Shown here piece after piece: positions 1 through 9,422 of a stretch of 64,000 nucleotides of DNA; within the stretch, counting starts at the first letter, position 1, and each line of letters starts with the position of its first letter. The notes below the pieces were generated by a model. That model saw nothing but the letters and a program-made list of their open reading frames with translations. It made no database searches and was not told the DNA's origin. Source of the stretch: an uncultured bacterium (GTDB taxonomy: Bacteria > Acidobacteriota > HRBIN11 > JAKEFK01); NCBI GenBank assembly GCA_963837395.1, contig CAWINI010000004.1, positions 2,699,484 through 2,763,483 of the forward strand, in the 5' to 3' direction. The translations under genes were made by a program, and so were the position numbers.

Positions 1-210
1 CAGATTTAGCCGGTCAAATTCCTTAAGAGTCATATCTCGATCTGACTGGCGTTGGGGAAAAATTGGCTCGGGAAGTTTAAGCGGTTCCGCAGCGTCTCCA
101 GTAATGGGAGTTGGCGCTGGTTTCAATAGCATCTCTTGAAGCTGTTGATTAAGCCTGAACCGCGCTGAAGAACCGGCGTTCTCTTGGTTTCGAGGTAGAT
201 TTTCCTGCAT
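1..210 (-). CDS. 5' part of a gene that runs off the window start (hypothetical protein, first ~70 codons)
   Basis: Minus-strand ATG at 210 preceded by GGAGG (218-222, 7-nt spacer); the frame stays open to position 1; no recognisable domain in this fragment. Confidence 0.35.
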   Translation of the reverse strand, partial: MQENLPRNQENAGSSARFRLNQQLQEMLLKPAPTPITGDAAEPLKLPEPIFPQRQSDRDMTLKEFDRLNL

Positions 211-339
211 GATGCATCCTCCGAGAATTGAAGTCAGTTGAATACTATGTTTTATAGCTCTTAATATGAATTAGAGGACTTATGAAAGTCATACCGTTAA
301 GATTATGTTAAGAACTAATGATAATTCTTTGTTTAATTA

Positions 340-1371
340 TTACCAGAGCTTTTTACGAGGCTCTTCTCCCAATCGTTTTGAGACTATAACCGATTGCTCA
401 TATAACTCATCTGCTTTCTGAATATCACCCCGATTATATGCAGCAATCGAAAGATTATACAACGCAAGTGCCTCGCGTGAACCATCCCCGATTTCTCGTG
501 CAAGGGACAGCGATTCTTCCCAATACGGAACAGCCTGTGGTTCGCGGCCTGACGAACTAAATAAGAAGCCGAGGTTTATTAAGGCATTGGCTTGATCTGC
601 CTTATCTCCGGTTTGGCGCGCAATATCTAAGGCTTCTGCGTATTTCTTTTCTGCTTCGGAACGGTTGCCTGCTCCCATTAATGCATATGCCTGGCGAAGA
701 AGATCACCACTTTGGTGCGGCTTTTGTATTGGAGTATCTTCTTTTATCTCTTCAGATTTTACGTCTGGTGCAACTTTTTCTCCTTCCGCCAGCGCCACTG
801 AAATTTCCTTCATCGCACCTGTTTGAATTTCAAATCCTTTGGTCTGGCTTCGATATCCTTGCAGCTGAATTTGCAGCAGATGCTTGCCGTTTAAGATGGA
901 TACATTTTCAAGATTCGTAACACCAAGCTCACGGCCATCCAGCCGAACCGTTGCGCCGGTTGGTGTGGAACGCACAGTTAGCATCGCAAGGCTTCCACGC
1001 TTTTCAGATTCAAACAACTTGATAATTTTTTGCGAAACCAAATCTTCATTTATTTTGTAATCAGGATTCCACTCGATCAGCTTGCGAAATGCAGACTGCG
1101 CTTTCGCTTGTTCGTTGCGATTAAATTCAGCTTGACCTAACAAATCGTAACTTTTTTCAATGATCGATTGTTCATCTTTTATCAAAGTTCGTTGCTTGGA
1201 TTCATTTTCAATCGATTGTATTAATCTTTCTAACATTGGTATAGATTGGTCTTGCTGTCTTGATTCAAACTTCTGCTGTGCTTCCGAAAATCGATCGTTC
1301 CAATCTTTAGATTGTGCATGAACCACAATCGCTGCGAATAAAAATAAAGCTGCAAGCCGAAATCGATTCAC
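340..1371 (-). CDS. secreted TPR-repeat protein with a central PEGA domain
   Basis: N-terminal signal peptide (MNRFRLAALFLFAAIVVHAQ); PEGA-like beta domain (LTVRSTPTGATVRLDGRELGVTN...GYRSQTKGFEIQ); TPR-like C-terminal repeats (LGFLFSSSGREPQAVPYWEESLSLAREIGD...ALYNLSIAAYNRGD); 2-nt gap to the downstream kinase gene. Confidence 0.7.
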   Translation of the reverse strand: MNRFRLAALFLFAAIVVHAQSKDWNDRFSEAQQKFESRQQDQSIPMLERLIQSIENESKQRTLIKDEQSIIEKSYDLLGQAEFNRNEQAKAQSAFRKLIEWNPDYKINEDLVSQKIIKLFESEKRGSLAMLTVRSTPTGATVRLDGRELGVTNLENVSILNGKHLLQIQLQGYRSQTKGFEIQTGAMKEISVALAEGEKVAPDVKSEEIKEDTPIQKPHQSGDLLRQAYALMGAGNRSEAEKKYAEALDIARQTGDKADQANALINLGFLFSSSGREPQAVPYWEESLSLAREIGDGSREALALYNLSIAAYNRGDIQKADELYEQSVIVSKRLGEEPRKKLW

Positions 1372-1373
1372 AA

Positions 1374-4229
1374 TTATTCCTCGAATAGTTGCGCTGAATT
1401 GTCTTCAATAATGGCGTGTAATGATTTTTCGGTTCCAGCTGAAAAATTAATCCTGGCAGTTTTTTCTCTTCCTAACTTTTCCCAGAACACTCGAATCTGT
1501 TTTACTCCTGCTTGAACTGGATACTTGAAAATTGGCGCGGTATCGATCTGTTCTCCTTCAACAAATAGTGTGCAATTACTGGGTTGTGCCGTTAATGTTA
1601 ATTGAGCCATCGGCGGAACCTTTATAATGGTCGATTCACCAGTCTTAATTTCGACACGTTCAGTTTGACGGATATAAGCTTCTTGAATCGAATTGCTAAC
1701 GATCATCACCTGGTAGCTTCCAGGTTTTAAACTCGATGAATCTTTTTCATCGGAGTTGAACAGAAGTGTTTTGTTTAGAAAAACTGAAATCGCAAAGTCT
1801 CCTTGATAAACCAGAGTACCTGGTTTTGCAGGAATCGCAGTTAGATCGAGCGCCGGTAAGTCTGATGTTTCTTCATTGATGATGAAAGTTGCAGGCTGAT
1901 AGTCTGCCATCTTCAATTCAAGTTGATGCGTTTGTCCGGCATGCAATTCCAAATCTGCCGGAGTTTTTAATCCTGTATCTTGTTGATCAATAAAAATAGA
2001 AGCACCATCAGGATTACTGCGAACAGTGAAATGTCGCAGCTCAGGCTGCTGCACAACTGTGTCCTGGGTCTGCAAATTTGAATTTGGTGCATCACTTTCA
2101 AACGAAGAATTTGGTGGCGGATCCGCAATTATTTGAGTTTGTGCCGGAGAAGTCTGTGCAGGGGATTGATTTTTATTTGTTGGAATTTGCTGTTGAACAA
2201 TTAACGGCGGTTGTTTATAGATCAGAAAATAATATGTGGCTGCAGCTCCGCCTAGAATCAAAAAAAATAAAGCCGCAATCCAACCTGCATAGCTTTTTGA
2301 TTCAGGTTCAACATACTCCTCAATATGTTCATCTTCAGCCGAAACCGGTACGTACATTGGTGCGGTTGGAGCAGGACGGATCGGTTGATCAAACGCAGAA
2401 AGAAATTCTTGCGTGTTCTGAAAACGTTTTGATGGATCTTTTTCCAGTGCTCTCAAAATGATTGACTCCAGTTGCGGACCAACGTGACAAAATTGCGATG
2501 GCCGCGGCGGAGGAGTATGCAGATGCGCATACATCATGCTGGCCGGAGTCCTGGCATCAAATGGAGCGCGTCCGGTCACCATTTCATAAAGAATGATTCC
2601 GGCTGAATACAAGTCGGCTCTGTGATCCGAACCTTGTTCCTTGAATTGTTCCGGTGCCATATAACGCGGAGTGCCTACCATCATTCCGGTTTGAGTTAAG
2701 TGTCCTGCTTCAGCAGAAAACGAAATGCCGAAATCCATCATCATTGCACGTCCGGTTCGATCGATCATGATGTTTTGCGGTTTCAAATCTCGATGAATGA
2801 TTCCTTGACTGTGCGCTGCACCCAGCGCATTTAATACCTGCCGCATAATTTCAATTGTTTGTTGTTCAGGCAGCGACCCCTGGAGATGAAGTATTTCGGA
2901 AAGCGTTTGCCCTTCGACGAATTCCATGGACACATAATGAACGCCGCCGGCTTCACCGATATCATATAGACGGCAAACATTTGGATGCGCGACTTTACGC
3001 GCCAAAATTACTTCCCGTTTCAAACGATTTAGATTCGTTTCATTACTGACCAGTTCGCGGTTCAAGGTTTTGATCGCAACTGAAATATCAAGCATTCGAT
3101 CTGTCGCTTTAAATACTGTTCCCATTCCGCCTTCGCCGATGCGTTTCTCAATCAAATACCGGTTCGCAAAAAATGAACCGGGTGTTGGTGAAGCCGGAGC
3201 AGTCCAGGCTGGCGAATGCACGGTTGGTGTCAATGAACTTTCGATCTTATTCAAATGATCAATTACTTCCTTCATTGATGCATGACGATTCTCACGTAAT
3301 TTCGCCATGGCCCTGGCAACGAAGTAATCCAATTCCGGTGGAAAAGGACCACAATCCGCATGCGATGACAATGGCCGCGCATTCTCATTCAGATGTTTGT
3401 ACATGAAACCCTGCGGCGTATTGGATGTAAAAGGCAGCCTTCCGGTCAGCATGTGATACAAAGTGACACCAAGCGAATAGATGTCTGCGCGCTGATCGAT
3501 ATCTTCGTCTTCGCTAAGCTGGCCACAAAGCTCAGGACTTACATATTCCAACTTTCCGATAAACATATTTGTGCGCGTAAATCGTTGAGTTTCTTTTGCT
3601 GTAGGACGCGCAATTCCGAAATCGATAACTTTTGTAGTTTCCACTCCTGATTCTGTTTGTACTAAAAACAAATTGTCTGGTGAAAGATCGCGATGGATAA
3701 TCCCTTTTTGATGTGCTGCCTCAAGCCCCATCGCAGCTTCGCGGATAATTCGTAAGGCATGCTGGATTGGAATATGCTGAATTCTTTGAATCCGTTGCAA
3801 CGCGGTTTCACCCCGCAGAAATTCCAGCACCATAAAAAATTGATTGTTTTCCAATGTACCGAATTCATAAAGTTCAACGAGATTTGGATGGCGAAGTTTC
3901 GCCAAGGTTTTTGCTTCACGAATAAATCGATTCACAAAATCTTGCGTCTCCGCAAGTTGGGTTTGAATCAGTTTAATGGCTCGTTGTTCATCTAAATAGA
4001 TGTGGCGCGCTCGATAGACCGCTCCCATTCCACCGCGGCCGATCCTTTCGAGAATTTCGTATTCACGAATACGCGTGCCAATCCACTGATCAGTAGGGGA
4101 CTCCACAATTAGCTCCTGATTGAGGCTATTATATTGCACGAAATGAAAGTTCTCCTCCTTATCAAGGGGGAGATGAAGAGGGGGTTGGAATATTTTCAAT
4201 TTCCAACCACCCCTTGCCCCCTCCTTCAT
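1374..4229 (-). CDS. transmembrane Ser/Thr protein kinase with two tandem catalytic domains and C-terminal PEGA domains
   Basis: Domain 1: GRGGMGAVY, AIK, HRDLSPDN, DFGIAR, SPE. Domain 2: GEGGMGTVF, VAIKTL, HRDLKPQN, DFG, APE. All catalytic motifs intact. One TM helix (WIAALFFLILGGAAATYYFLIY), an S/T/P/Q linker and two PEGA-like domains. The long N-terminal extension of this ORF is the reverse translation of intergenic hairpins; a likelier start is GTG at 4106 with upstream CAGGAG. Confidence 0.85.
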   Translation of the reverse strand: MKEGARGGWKLKIFQPPLHLPLDKEENFHFVQYNSLNQELIVESPTDQWIGTRIREYEILERIGRGGMGAVYRARHIYLDEQRAIKLIQTQLAETQDFVNRFIREAKTLAKLRHPNLVELYEFGTLENNQFFMVLEFLRGETALQRIQRIQHIPIQHALRIIREAAMGLEAAHQKGIIHRDLSPDNLFLVQTESGVETTKVIDFGIARPTAKETQRFTRTNMFIGKLEYVSPELCGQLSEDEDIDQRADIYSLGVTLYHMLTGRLPFTSNTPQGFMYKHLNENARPLSSHADCGPFPPELDYFVARAMAKLRENRHASMKEVIDHLNKIESSLTPTVHSPAWTAPASPTPGSFFANRYLIEKRIGEGGMGTVFKATDRMLDISVAIKTLNRELVSNETNLNRLKREVILARKVAHPNVCRLYDIGEAGGVHYVSMEFVEGQTLSEILHLQGSLPEQQTIEIMRQVLNALGAAHSQGIIHRDLKPQNIMIDRTGRAMMMDFGISFSAEAGHLTQTGMMVGTPRYMAPEQFKEQGSDHRADLYSAGIILYEMVTGRAPFDARTPASMMYAHLHTPPPRPSQFCHVGPQLESIILRALEKDPSKRFQNTQEFLSAFDQPIRPAPTAPMYVPVSAEDEHIEEYVEPESKSYAGWIAALFFLILGGAAATYYFLIYKQPPLIVQQQIPTNKNQSPAQTSPAQTQIIADPPPNSSFESDAPNSNLQTQDTVVQQPELRHFTVRSNPDGASIFIDQQDTGLKTPADLELHAGQTHQLELKMADYQPATFIINEETSDLPALDLTAIPAKPGTLVYQGDFAISVFLNKTLLFNSDEKDSSSLKPGSYQVMIVSNSIQEAYIRQTERVEIKTGESTIIKVPPMAQLTLTAQPSNCTLFVEGEQIDTAPIFKYPVQAGVKQIRVFWEKLGREKTARINFSAGTEKSLHAIIEDNSAQLFEE

Positions 4230-4240
4230 AAGGAGGGGGA
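4184..4240. promoter_or_regulatory. two back-to-back perfect hairpins in the kinase/SDR divergent leader (GGTTGGAA-N10-TTCCAACC and CCCCCTCCTT-cat-AAGGAGGGGG)
   Basis: Reverse-complement arms read directly from the sequence; the second stem contains an AAGGAGG Shine-Dalgarno-like motif. Confidence 0.5.
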
Positions 4241-4270
4241 ACGGACGGATGAAGTGCTTATTATTTAGAT

Positions 4271-4969
4271 ATGCAACTAAATGGACGAACAGCTTTTGTT
4301 ACCGGTGCAAACCGTGGAATAGGATTCGAAGTTTGTAAACAACTCGGCGAAGAAGGCGCCAGAATAATCATGGGCGTTCGCGATCCATTGCATGCCAAGG
4401 ATCAACTTGATGATCTAAGCAAGTCAGGAATTGATGCCACTGTTGTGCGGATTGATGTTTCTGATTCTGATTCGATCCATGAAGTAACATCATCAAAGCT
4501 TGAACGCGTTGATATTTTGGTCAATAATGCAGCAGTGCTGGATCGAGCCAGGAATATTTTTTCACTGGAAGATGATGAATTCGAAAAAATCATCCGTACC
4601 AATTTGATTGGGGCTGCATTACTTGCAAAGCATTTTGGTGAACAGATGAAAAAACATGGCTGGGGCAGAATCGTAAATGTTTCATCCGGCATGAGTTCGA
4701 TTTCTGCTGGTTTGGGTGCAGATTCGCCAGCATATCGCATTTCGAAAGTAGCGTTAAATGCATTAACCATTACACTGGCTGAAGCATTAAGCGGCAGCGG
4801 TGTTCTGGTGAATTCAGTTGATCCTGGATGGGTTCGCACTGAAATGGGAGGAAAATCTGCAACACGTTCGGTGCAGCAAGGAGCGTATTCCATTGTATGG
4901 GCTGCATTGCTTCCTGATAATGGTCCAACTGGCGGATTTTTTTACGATGGTAAGTCTTCTTCGTGGTAG
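4271..4969 (+). CDS. short-chain dehydrogenase/reductase (SDR family oxidoreductase)
   Basis: TGANRGIGFE Rossmann motif, NNAAV, catalytic Y-x3-K (SPAYRISK); 232 aa. Confidence 0.85.
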   Translation: MQLNGRTAFVTGANRGIGFEVCKQLGEEGARIIMGVRDPLHAKDQLDDLSKSGIDATVVRIDVSDSDSIHEVTSSKLERVDILVNNAAVLDRARNIFSLEDDEFEKIIRTNLIGAALLAKHFGEQMKKHGWGRIVNVSSGMSSISAGLGADSPAYRISKVALNALTITLAEALSGSGVLVNSVDPGWVRTEMGGKSATRSVQQGAYSIVWAALLPDNGPTGGFFYDGKSSSW

Positions 4970-4990
4970 CCTTTTAAGCCACATCTAATT

Positions 4991-6364
4991 ATGAAATCTT
5001 TAAATCTCCAGGAAATTCTTTCTGAAGCTTCTCGCGCACGCAATGAGTATGAAGATTATTTGCGCGAACTTGTTGAAATTCCCACGATCTCAAATGATCC
5101 GGAGCGAAAAGAAGATATAAGTCGATGCGCTTCGCGTGCAACGGAATTGATTCGGCAAATCGGCGGCGAAGCATCTATACTTCATTCACAAAATGGAACA
5201 CCATTCGTACATGGAATATTTTCTGCAGATACAAAATATCCAACTGTTTCTGTTTATAACCACCTGGATGTAATTCCGGCTTCAAAAGAAACGGAGCCAT
5301 GGAAGACTGAACCATTCGTATTTACGAAAAATGGCGATACTTATTTCGGACGTGGCACTACTGATGATAAAGGTCCGGCGCTAACTGCATTATTCAGTGC
5401 CAGAATGGCGCGAAAATTTGAACTTCCGATCAACATTCAATTTTTATGGGAATGCGAAGAAGAAGTCGGCTCACCTCACTTTGAAGAGATTCTTCGCAAA
5501 GCCGCACGAAAAGCGCGAACTAATTCGGTTGTTGTCTCTGATACGATGTGGTTATCAAGAAAAAGACCAACAATCACTGCTGGTTTGCGCGGATTTTTGG
5601 GTGTGCGTTTCGTATTGGAAACAGCAGGTACAGATCAACATTCCGGTGATGTTGGAGGCGCCGCACGAAATCCGATCGGTGAGTTAATGGCGCTTGTCAC
5701 TGAAATTTATAATCCACGCTCTGGGGAAATTCATATTCCCGGATTCTATAAAGATGTAATATCGCCAACTAAAAGTGAATTGAAAGATTTTTTAGATTCC
5801 GGATTTACGGCTGCGTGGTTCAAGAAAACTTATGGTTTGAAATCTATGCGTGTAGATGATTCGCTTGAAATCATGAAACGCATTTGGGCTAAACCAACTT
5901 TTGAAATCCATGGTGTCACCGGCGGTTACAATGGTCCTGGATTGAAGTCGATAGTACCGCCTTCCGCTGAAGTGAAAGCATCATTCCGATTGGCACCAGG
6001 TCAGGACCCTCAAAAAATCGTGAAACTTCTTTGTGATTTTGTAAGCAAGAAAAGTCCTGATGTTAAAGTGCATGTTCATCCAGGATCGGCTGCATATTTA
6101 ACGCAAAAAACGAGTCCGCTAGCTGATGCTGCAAAAAAAGCGGTGCTTTTTGCGTTTGGCAAAGAACCTGTTTTTGTGCGTGAGGGTGGATCAATTGGAT
6201 CAGTAATATCGATGCAAAAAATTCTAAAGTGCCCGGTAATGTTTCTTGGACTTTCCCTACCCGAACATGGATATCATGCACCAAACGAAAATTTCGATTG
6301 GCATCAAGCCTCACGCGGCATGGCTGCGTTTCTGGAATATTTCAATCAGCTTTCGAAGCCTTAG
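4991..6364 (+). CDS. M20 family metallopeptidase/dipeptidase (ArgE/DapE/CPG2-like)
   Basis: HLDVIP, GRGTTDDKG and EEEVGS metal-binding motifs; 457 aa typical of M20 dipeptidases. Confidence 0.85.
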   Translation: MKSLNLQEILSEASRARNEYEDYLRELVEIPTISNDPERKEDISRCASRATELIRQIGGEASILHSQNGTPFVHGIFSADTKYPTVSVYNHLDVIPASKETEPWKTEPFVFTKNGDTYFGRGTTDDKGPALTALFSARMARKFELPINIQFLWECEEEVGSPHFEEILRKAARKARTNSVVVSDTMWLSRKRPTITAGLRGFLGVRFVLETAGTDQHSGDVGGAARNPIGELMALVTEIYNPRSGEIHIPGFYKDVISPTKSELKDFLDSGFTAAWFKKTYGLKSMRVDDSLEIMKRIWAKPTFEIHGVTGGYNGPGLKSIVPPSAEVKASFRLAPGQDPQKIVKLLCDFVSKKSPDVKVHVHPGSAAYLTQKTSPLADAAKKAVLFAFGKEPVFVREGGSIGSVISMQKILKCPVMFLGLSLPEHGYHAPNENFDWHQASRGMAAFLEYFNQLSKP

Positions 6365-6444
6365 TAAGCGACTTCCGGTCCGCAATTATTTTTTTGAGCA
6401 GGCTAAAAGCCTGCGGCCCGTAATGCAGGCCAAGGCCGCGCTCC

Positions 6445-7332
6445 TTATTTTTCGAACAAAAATTTCAACGCTTCCGGCAAACGCTTTCGCCAGGCATCAG
6501 GACCATGTTGTGCACCTTCTTCTCGCACTAATTTCACTTTCGTATCAGGCGATTGTTTTTTAATGATGCTTACCAAAAGTTCCTGATTTTTCTTACCTTC
6601 GTTATTGAATGCTTCTTCATCAGTCTCTTTGGTACCTGCGCCGATGTGAACTTTGCCTGGCCATTGCAAAGGCTTTTTAGCATCTTCAAGCAATTCATAT
6701 TCTTGACCGATCCAGAGCGGAGTGCTTTCCAACATTAATCTTCCAAAATAACCAGGCTTCGCAATAACCGTGTACAGCGCACTAACACCACCATAGGAAA
6801 ATCCGCCAATACCAGTGTCTTGGGGGCCTGACTTGATCCGATAATTTTGTTTTAAACGCGGGATGACTTCATTGATCAAGAAATCAGGATATTTTTTGCC
6901 CTGAGGATTGGGTGGTTCCGGTTTATAAGTATGATCAGGCAAAAAGCCTGCATCAGGATATGGAAGAAATTCATTGGCTCGATCCACGATTTCATTTTTG
7001 GTTTTATCAGTGCATGCACCATTATCAATTCCAACCACAATCATCTGCGGAAGCTCATCCTTCTTATAAAGATCAAAAACAACTTCTTCGATCCTTAATC
7101 CAGGACCTGCAGAATCAAACACCATCAATCCATCGTTGAAATAAAACACCGGATATTGTCGATCCAGGTTTTTATCATCGTGATATCCCGGTGGAAGCAA
7201 AACGCGTATAGTTCTTGTATTTCCAAATACTTTGCTGGTCAGCTCAAAGGTTTCAATATTTTTGGAGCTTGGGGTATCACAAAAAGCGATAATCGGCAAA
7301 AGAGTGAGGATTGCAACAATTAAGTTTTTCAT
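6445..7332 (-). CDS. secreted esterase (putative-esterase / enterochelin-esterase-like alpha/beta hydrolase)
   Basis: Signal peptide; GFSYGG nucleophile-elbow motif; 295 aa. Confidence 0.7.
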   Translation of the reverse strand: MKNLIVAILTLLPIIAFCDTPSSKNIETFELTSKVFGNTRTIRVLLPPGYHDDKNLDRQYPVFYFNDGLMVFDSAGPGLRIEEVVFDLYKKDELPQMIVVGIDNGACTDKTKNEIVDRANEFLPYPDAGFLPDHTYKPEPPNPQGKKYPDFLINEVIPRLKQNYRIKSGPQDTGIGGFSYGGVSALYTVIAKPGYFGRLMLESTPLWIGQEYELLEDAKKPLQWPGKVHIGAGTKETDEEAFNNEGKKNQELLVSIIKKQSPDTKVKLVREEGAQHGPDAWRKRLPEALKFLFEK

Positions 7333-7358
7333 AGATCGTTTGACTTCGTCTGTGTGAT

Positions 7359-9422
7359 TTAGGTTGGCATTGGCTTTTTCGATTGAACCAATAGTAATAG
7401 AAAAACGATCGTGTAACAGATGGCCACAACTGCAGTCAGCATGTTATAACCGAAAGCCATACTAGTGTACTCAAGAGCGCCGCCGGCGGTGGCCCCGATC
7501 AAATTCCATCCGAACAAATGTTCAGCCACAGGTTGATTCCGAAACGTTACGCTGAAAATCAAATTCGCAAAATAAATCGGTGAGAATGTGAATAACGAAG
7601 CAAAAACAAAACGGAGCCATGGCTGTTGGATTTTTAACAATCCTGATAATGGAAAAATGAATGCAGCAGCGCAGAAAACAAGCAGCAGCGCGTATGCTAT
7701 CCACAACACACGCTGGCTATTTTCAAATAATGTAGCAGTCCAGTTTGCAATTAAAACCAGAACCAAAATTCCTAAAAATACTAACGAATTGTTGATCCAG
7801 GTTGTACCAAATAAAAGGCTGAATTGAATTACGCTTTTTGTTTCAAGCAGCAAGAACGCGGTTCCCATGAGAAAGAATGCAAGCTTTAAAGGCAAATTTT
7901 CGGATGTTGAAACTGAACGACTGGAACGCTGAACCAGAATCATCAATAAAATCGACAAAATTGCCAGGGTGCTAATTGCTCCTAGATAAATATCAGGAAT
8001 GCCTTTGACTTTGAGATACGGAAAAGGCCAATCATCGGTTGCCGGCTCGATCGCATCTGTGTTCGAACTTGCATTGCCCTCAACATGTTTGCCAACCAGT
8101 AACACGGCGAAAGAATAACGTTGAAGAATTGTTTTTGCATATCTTCCAGTCGCGCCATGAATCATGATTTGCAGTTTCTCGATCAACCATGGTTTGCGAT
8201 ATTGATTGTAGAAAAGTAGATCACCGTCATCGCTGAGCAGTGAGTAAGCACGGCGTATTGAGTCGGTAGTGTAGATGTAATTTTCCAATCGTAATTGAGA
8301 CATCGGACTCACTTTCACCAGCGAGTCTGTCAGAGCAAAAACAATCAGATTGTAACAATTGCTGGTGTTGGTCATAAATGATCGCGCATCATCAATGACC
8401 AAATGGACTCGCGGATCATCATAAGGTTTTGCGGGATGATGTTTCTTGCCAAGCATTGCAATTACAGGATCGATTTCTACGGCATCGACATGTTCTACGC
8501 CATTCATTAATGCGGCAGCAACATCATTCCCGGAACCCGATCCAATGATCAAAACATTTTTGTACGCAGGAAGATTTTGTTTTTTGCGTTCACCATAGGG
8601 GCTGGAGTAAAAAGCACGACGAATTTCTTCGGCGTTATTCATGTTCTGGTGATAAACACCATTCACAAAAATCTGATGGGGTGTTTTCGTATCAATTGTG
8701 TATTCCACTTTTTGATACGGTGACCAGTGAACCTCCATGGTTCCAGCGAAGTTCGGATCGGATAAAAGTTTGGAATCTTGATTCCATGCAACCCATGCAA
8801 TGAGTCCCAACAAAGGCACCACGGCCAGTTTGTTTTTGAGATTGTTTTGTACCGCAACAAATAAAGGGATCAACGCTAAAAACCAGGTCCACGCCGGAGC
8901 ATGAAGCCAGCTTATCAACATGAATGTCAGGATCCCGGTGCAAGATCCGGAAATGTCCAGGGTATATGCTTTTAATGGTGGGAATAACGAAAAAAGTTTT
9001 GCAGTTCGCTGTGAAATGAATGCAAAAATCAGAACAATGGAAAAAAACCAGAGAGCAAAAGTCAGCCAGCTGATTTCTTCTTGTTTTACCGGAGTTGCAG
9101 TGTAAAAAATTTCTCCGCCGACTTCACCAAGTCCGCGGCCAAATCCAGGAACTGCAGGACGTTTCCAATAAAGGAACGCGACAAGTGCAACAATAAGAAC
9201 TATCGCAATTTGAAAAACGCGATCCGAAGATTTTGGTGAAAGTCGATGATGGAATACAAATCCGCAACCCATTCCCACAAAAACTGCGAGCAAAACAAGA
9301 TTCGGAAAATAACCAAGGTTCCAAATGTTTCCCGCAAGATAACGGATGAGAATGAGCTCTAAAAATAAGGTAAGAAATCCGAGCAGGAAAAGTTTTGCTG
9401 AGTTGTTATTTACGGCAGTCAT
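7359..9422 (-). CDS. polytopic membrane protein with an embedded spermidine-synthase-like aminopropyltransferase domain
   Basis: Multiple N- and C-terminal TM helices; central VLIIGSGSGNDVAAAL...VDAVEIDPVI...VIDDARSF aminopropyltransferase motifs; start overlaps the upstream decarboxylase stop by 17 nt. Confidence 0.75.
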   Translation of the reverse strand: MTAVNNNSAKLFLLGFLTLFLELILIRYLAGNIWNLGYFPNLVLLAVFVGMGCGFVFHHRLSPKSSDRVFQIAIVLIVALVAFLYWKRPAVPGFGRGLGEVGGEIFYTATPVKQEEISWLTFALWFFSIVLIFAFISQRTAKLFSLFPPLKAYTLDISGSCTGILTFMLISWLHAPAWTWFLALIPLFVAVQNNLKNKLAVVPLLGLIAWVAWNQDSKLLSDPNFAGTMEVHWSPYQKVEYTIDTKTPHQIFVNGVYHQNMNNAEEIRRAFYSSPYGERKKQNLPAYKNVLIIGSGSGNDVAAALMNGVEHVDAVEIDPVIAMLGKKHHPAKPYDDPRVHLVIDDARSFMTNTSNCYNLIVFALTDSLVKVSPMSQLRLENYIYTTDSIRRAYSLLSDDGDLLFYNQYRKPWLIEKLQIMIHGATGRYAKTILQRYSFAVLLVGKHVEGNASSNTDAIEPATDDWPFPYLKVKGIPDIYLGAISTLAILSILLMILVQRSSRSVSTSENLPLKLAFFLMGTAFLLLETKSVIQFSLLFGTTWINNSLVFLGILVLVLIANWTATLFENSQRVLWIAYALLLVFCAAAFIFPLSGLLKIQQPWLRFVFASLFTFSPIYFANLIFSVTFRNQPVAEHLFGWNLIGATAGGALEYTSMAFGYNMLTAVVAICYTIVFLLLLVQSKKPMPT

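Noticed and set aside
2078-2461. Antisense ORFs inside the tandem-kinase gene (2078-2461, 2855-3049, 3070-3258, 3173-3406, 3393-3650, 3759-3995 on +, and 3662-3919 on -)
   Set aside because: All are embedded in a long, domain-rich minus-strand gene; no RBS or homology signal; typical out-of-frame shadows
6365-6444. Hairpins GCAGGC-taaaa-GCCTGC and GCGGCC...GGCCGC between the convergent M20 peptidase and esterase genes
   Set aside because: Plausible bidirectional terminator, but the T-tract overlaps the esterase stop codon region and the stems are short; not confident enough to list as a feature
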